From Tubulanus polymorphus (lineage: Eukaryota; Animalia; Nemertea), in assembly GCF_964204645.1 (NCBI RefSeq), contig NC_134027.1, positions 6,418,485 through 6,482,484 on the forward strand: DNA of 64,000 bases, in the 5' to 3' direction. A program made the translations under genes and the position numbers. This document shows positions 59,365-64,000 of the stretch, in pieces (the first letter of the stretch is position 1; each line of letters opens with the position of its first letter). The notes below the pieces were generated by a model. The model was not told the origin of the DNA. It saw nothing but the letters and a program-made list of their open reading frames with translations, and made no database searches.

Positions 59365-62300
59365 GTAAGTAGCGGTTTTATCGTACGCTTATATTATAGA
59401 GCTAATTATAGCCGGTCGTACGAGTGAAAATTCGTATCAAATAGATGATTTTGAAGCGATGAAATATGAAATCTGTTATGAAAACTTCTGAGTTTTGGCC
59501 GCGCGGAGCGCTGATTGTCGCGCAGTACTCTACTGTCACTGCATATTTTTGCGGTTTACTGATGCATGATTCTAGTTCAGTCGTTTTCGATCATTAAGTC
59601 TTTATTTCACAATAATTCATAGTAAATTCGATGTATTCTGAATGATGTTATTGAACAGATTTCATCATTTCTTTTGCTTCAGCAACTTTTTTTAAACATT
59701 TTTTTTTTCTGCTCAAAAACTTCTTTATTTCTTTAAGGAGTTATGAAAAATTTATGTTGATTCATGAGAAATTTTCTGGGTTGATGAATTTATCAATCAT
59801 TGATAAATCCATCAAACTCCCATTATGACTCCCTGCATTTACCAGGACAGGAGTAACTTTCGTTTGGGCAATAGAAACATTATATAGACTAGTTACACAG
59901 GAGAAAATATATTCTATTATTTGTATCTTTAATTACTTTTAAAAATTACCCACTCTCTATGCCCTGTTACTTACTACACATAAGTTAATAAGAAAAAGTT
60001 ACCAGGATTGATCTTGATATTTAGTATTTAATTAAGATTCATTCTTCTTGAGTTACTACAAAGGAATCTGCATACAGTTTCCTGTGAATAATAGAGCTGC
60101 GATCAATCACTGAGGTGCTTGTGTTCTTGATGGTTAATTGCAGTACCGGGCTCTCTGAATTTGTGAAATACCTGCATACAATCACAACCGGGAGATGCTG
60201 GTATTTCGTGCTCGTTGTTATGCATATACATGTCATCAACAAGTGCTTGTCACTGAGGTTCAATGAGACAAATAAATCGAAAAGGCGATGTTGTCCCACA
60301 TCCTAGAGAACTATGAATATCAATTGGTATTTCACTTGTACTTCAAGTGGCTTCCCTTAGGCATGTATTGTTTCCACTCAAGTTTCATTGAATTGATGAT
60401 GTTAGCATGAATTAATTTTATGAAAGCAGTTCAAGATATTCCTGTATAGCACAGTTACAAGCGTGTGGGAATCAAAATTTTGGCTTTGACAAAGTTTTTA
60501 CAACCATGAAAAAAATTGAATATACGTGAAATAGTTGCTTTGAACTACAAACTTTTAATCTTCTGAGACGACTGATTGTCTAACTGATGACAATCAGTGT
60601 TGAGACTAACTATTCTACTCATGATAATTAGTTAGGCCCTTGCTATTAAAAAATGAGGCAACATCTAATTGCTGAGTAGGCCTATTAAATTGAGTAGTTG
60701 ACTTGGATTGCTCATCATCAACATTCTATTGAAATTTGAATGATAGCGGACAAAGAGAAAGCCGTTATCTCTTATAGAAATGCCATCACAGTTATTGTCA
60801 AGTCTCTAACGGGTTTCTAACTACTCTTCTGTTCAATAATTGTATGCTAAAGATCTAAAAATGGCCCCCTTGAATATAAGGAGATTACAAGTTTCATCAG
60901 TCGGATTTTAGAGGTTGACTTGATAAGTTTTGTAAAACTGGTTTAAATCATGAGCGCATTCTGAAAATGGAATTTCAAGGTATTATCTCGGGTTAGTTTT
61001 TTAATCTAAGATTGAAACTAGAAACGTATTCTACAAAACATCGAGAAATCGAGTTTAATTCTAAAATTGTGCAGGTCTATCCATGGACTCTAAAACAAAG
61101 ATTACATGTGAGAGATCCAAATCTGGAGAGCTTTTTTCTTTTTTTTATCTGAAATGAGAATGTGTCACTGCGGTACATCTTGACACGGTGAATAATCGCA
61201 GCCACTTAGGTTTCGATGGGTGCGTCGTCGTGGGTTGTTTGATGTACACTCGACTATGAGGCACCTTCATTTGTTCTCCTGTTACTGCGCTCTCGTTGTG
61301 CAATTTCTGCATACGTTTCGTGTAATCGCGCGACGAGAAAGAACGGCCTTCTAGAAAAAAAAGCATTTTATGCAATTCTCGAATGACAACAAGGCGCAGA
61401 GTGTCGACGGTGGATGGGTTTTCGACAGGGGGACTTCGCCGTTACGAGTGTTTGGTTAATGCGGGAAGAATTGGAACAGCATCCTCGAAACCGAGGACCT
61501 GTTGACATATATTGTGCGCTGGTTACAAGATGGATAGCAGCACGACCGAACCAATGAGCGTACCTGCAAGCATATTTTCCCAGGCTTTCAAAAACCACTT
61601 GAGAAAAATAATCATGCTCATGAGAATAATAATACGTTTACAGGTGCATGTATATGTGTGTAGACATTGTTGTTTTGGATATTTGTGGAGACATCCACTC
61701 TCTGTCGCTTGCGCTGTCTTGTTTTTGGGAGAATTCTAAAAAGTCTTGTTGCTGAAATTAACCGGCTCTGTCAGGAATGGGAATTCATTGTGAATGTGCT
61801 TCGCCCGTGTCATATTTCTCATACAAACTGTTCTTGTGAAAACATGACCTTTCAACGCTTTAATCCTTCTCAGGCATTTAATCCCCTTAGATAATTAATG
61901 TTGGATCTCTGGTGTCGAATTACTGTTTTTATAAATCTATAGCATGAAACTAGTAGCAACCATTTGCGTGTTTAAACCTAATCCTAAAATTAGCCATTTT
62001 GGTTTCTTTTTATGATGACTTTGAATATTTCCTGGTTTTTTCTTATCAGTATTTTCCGTTTGGTTAATGGGGTGCGTGATAGAAGCCAGTCACTTCTTCC
62101 TAAAGGTTACGCTTATCGTCATTAGATAAATTTTCATGTATGCAAATTAGATAGAAATCTTCTTGGAACGAATACATATAAATATGTGAAGTACTGAGGT
62201 TTGTCATCTTGTATTCAGAGTTCAAGTTGTTGATTATAAATCACGTATAATATTCGAGGGGGGATATCGATTTCTGGAAGGTTTTCTTGTAAGATACCAA

Positions 62301-64000
62301 CGATGAGATCTTGTTCGCGTTGTTGAGCTGGTTGTTGTGTCAGTCCGGGAACAATGAGTCTACTTATGAGCCACCTGTATCATAAAGCAAATAAGAGTAT
62401 GAATTTATGATGGTTTCAAAAGATAAAGACATCCTTGGTCAGGTGGAAACAGGTTCCATTGATCCCCTATAGAGACAAGTGATGCCTAATAGATATTTTG
62501 TAGCTCTATCAATTGGATATCAATTGGTTGACACTGGATACATGGTTTTTATGTTTCTACTTATTTGAATAGGCCCAGCTTCCTAGATATTTAAAATTTG
62601 AATGTTTTGCCCGCGCATATTAGAATTATTGCCCCTGTGAAAAGTAAAGTTGATCATGGACCATTTTGTATTGGCGACCACTGTTTAGAAACTATAGCAT
62701 ATTTTCAATTAGCGCCGTTTCATCATATTGAGTAATATTAATTCAGTTTATATTTGAAATGCTTGAGTTAACTCTCATTATATTGCACCTTTAGCCCAGG
62801 TTAATTAGTATGTATGATACTAGCTTTAATTGTCCGATTGTTTGACTGCAGGGCTGACTGAATAATGTAATCCGGTGTTGCTGAGCTGCTCAGAACTACT
62901 CAGGTGTCTAAGCATTTTTATGTAACACAGTATTTACATCAATTAGTCCTGATATCACATTAACTGTAGTGTTAATATTAAGACACCCAATTATCCCTCT
63001 CTAAACATCCATTTACATAAAGCATTGACCATGGATTAAGATAGTGTCAAAGCAGTTAAATTGTTGCTCTAATCTTGTGGGTAATCAGGGAGATGCAAGA
63101 CCTCCCTACAGTTATCTGACAGTTATCTGAATGATTACCGCTCTAATTCTTATTTACAGATAAATAATTTCATCTTGAAATTGATGACTCCACCTTTCAC
63201 AATGTTTAAATCAGCTTATGATATGCAACATCTTGGAATCGTCATTATTTTCATTGTCGACATTGTCCTTCGGTGGCTTTCTTTAGAAACTGTTATCAAA
63301 AAATTCAATGTGGCAGGGCGTCGTTCGTTAAGCCGGCCATTAAAAGATGAAAATGGCTTTGAACGTTGATGATGGATATTTTGACAGCTGTGAGATGTAA
63401 TCACAACTATAAAACCATCAATATTTTACACGTATATATTCATACAATGCAGCGGCTGTTCCTAGTATGTGACACTGATCCTCTTACCGTTTGAACAATT
63501 TGCATCCTGCCTGCAGGAGCAACGAGTGATGTAAGCAGCCTTATAATTTTATGAAGTAACAGGTGTCTGAGTAGACTGCAATTCATAGAATACAGATATA
63601 TAGATATATACTTATAAAATACATATAAATATATAATCGCGAATGCCGACACAAGTTCTAGTGATACTCGTTCATCTTTTCATCAAGGTTTTTTGAATTC
63701 CTTCGAGAATACCTGAAACTGACTGTTTTAGTACTGATCACTGATACATATATATATGATGATTTATTCTTATAAAAAGTTTGTCAGAAATTTGATTGGA
63801 TTTTCTTAAACAGCATTTCGTTAAGCAGAATCTGATATCTATGTCAATGAGATTTAGCCTTTTAGCCGTTTGAGGATATATGACAATGAAATGATTTCAA
63901 GTTTCCATCTGGTAACTCTTCATTTGAAGCGTCTAATATATTCATGTACTGCACGCCGCATCAGACAATTCTTTTACAGTTTATGATGAAGTGAAGTCAG

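Overview
Gene-dense, AT-rich, intron-containing genomic DNA from an animal. Short GT-AG introns, the gene content and the repeat types suggest a marine bilaterian invertebrate; this is inference and the species was not determined. No CRISPR, rRNA or prokaryotic features are present. Spliced genes in order: PSMD6 (-), a SYCE1-like synaptonemal-complex gene (-) with a tRNA-Lys(UUU) in its first coding intron, APPL1 (+), TPRKB (-), WIF1/shifted (+), a C2H2 zinc-finger gene (-), an unknown coiled-coil gene (+), MON1 (+), EEPD1 (-), a C20orf96/DUF4618-like gene (-), and the first exon of a NuRD-motif (MSRRKQ) transcription factor (+). The stand-out feature is a 6865-bp DNA transposon at 50945-57809 with 44-bp TIRs and an exact 9-bp TSD (Mutator-like). 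It has no visible DDE transposase but carries a spliced SGNH hydrolase-SWIM-C2H2-PHD gene, a modular minisatellite, a 36-bp palindromic insert with its own TSD and a nested MITE. It appears to sit in the promoter or 5' exon of the C20orf96-like gene. All exon models and homology calls were made by eye and from memory of the protein families; no searches were run.
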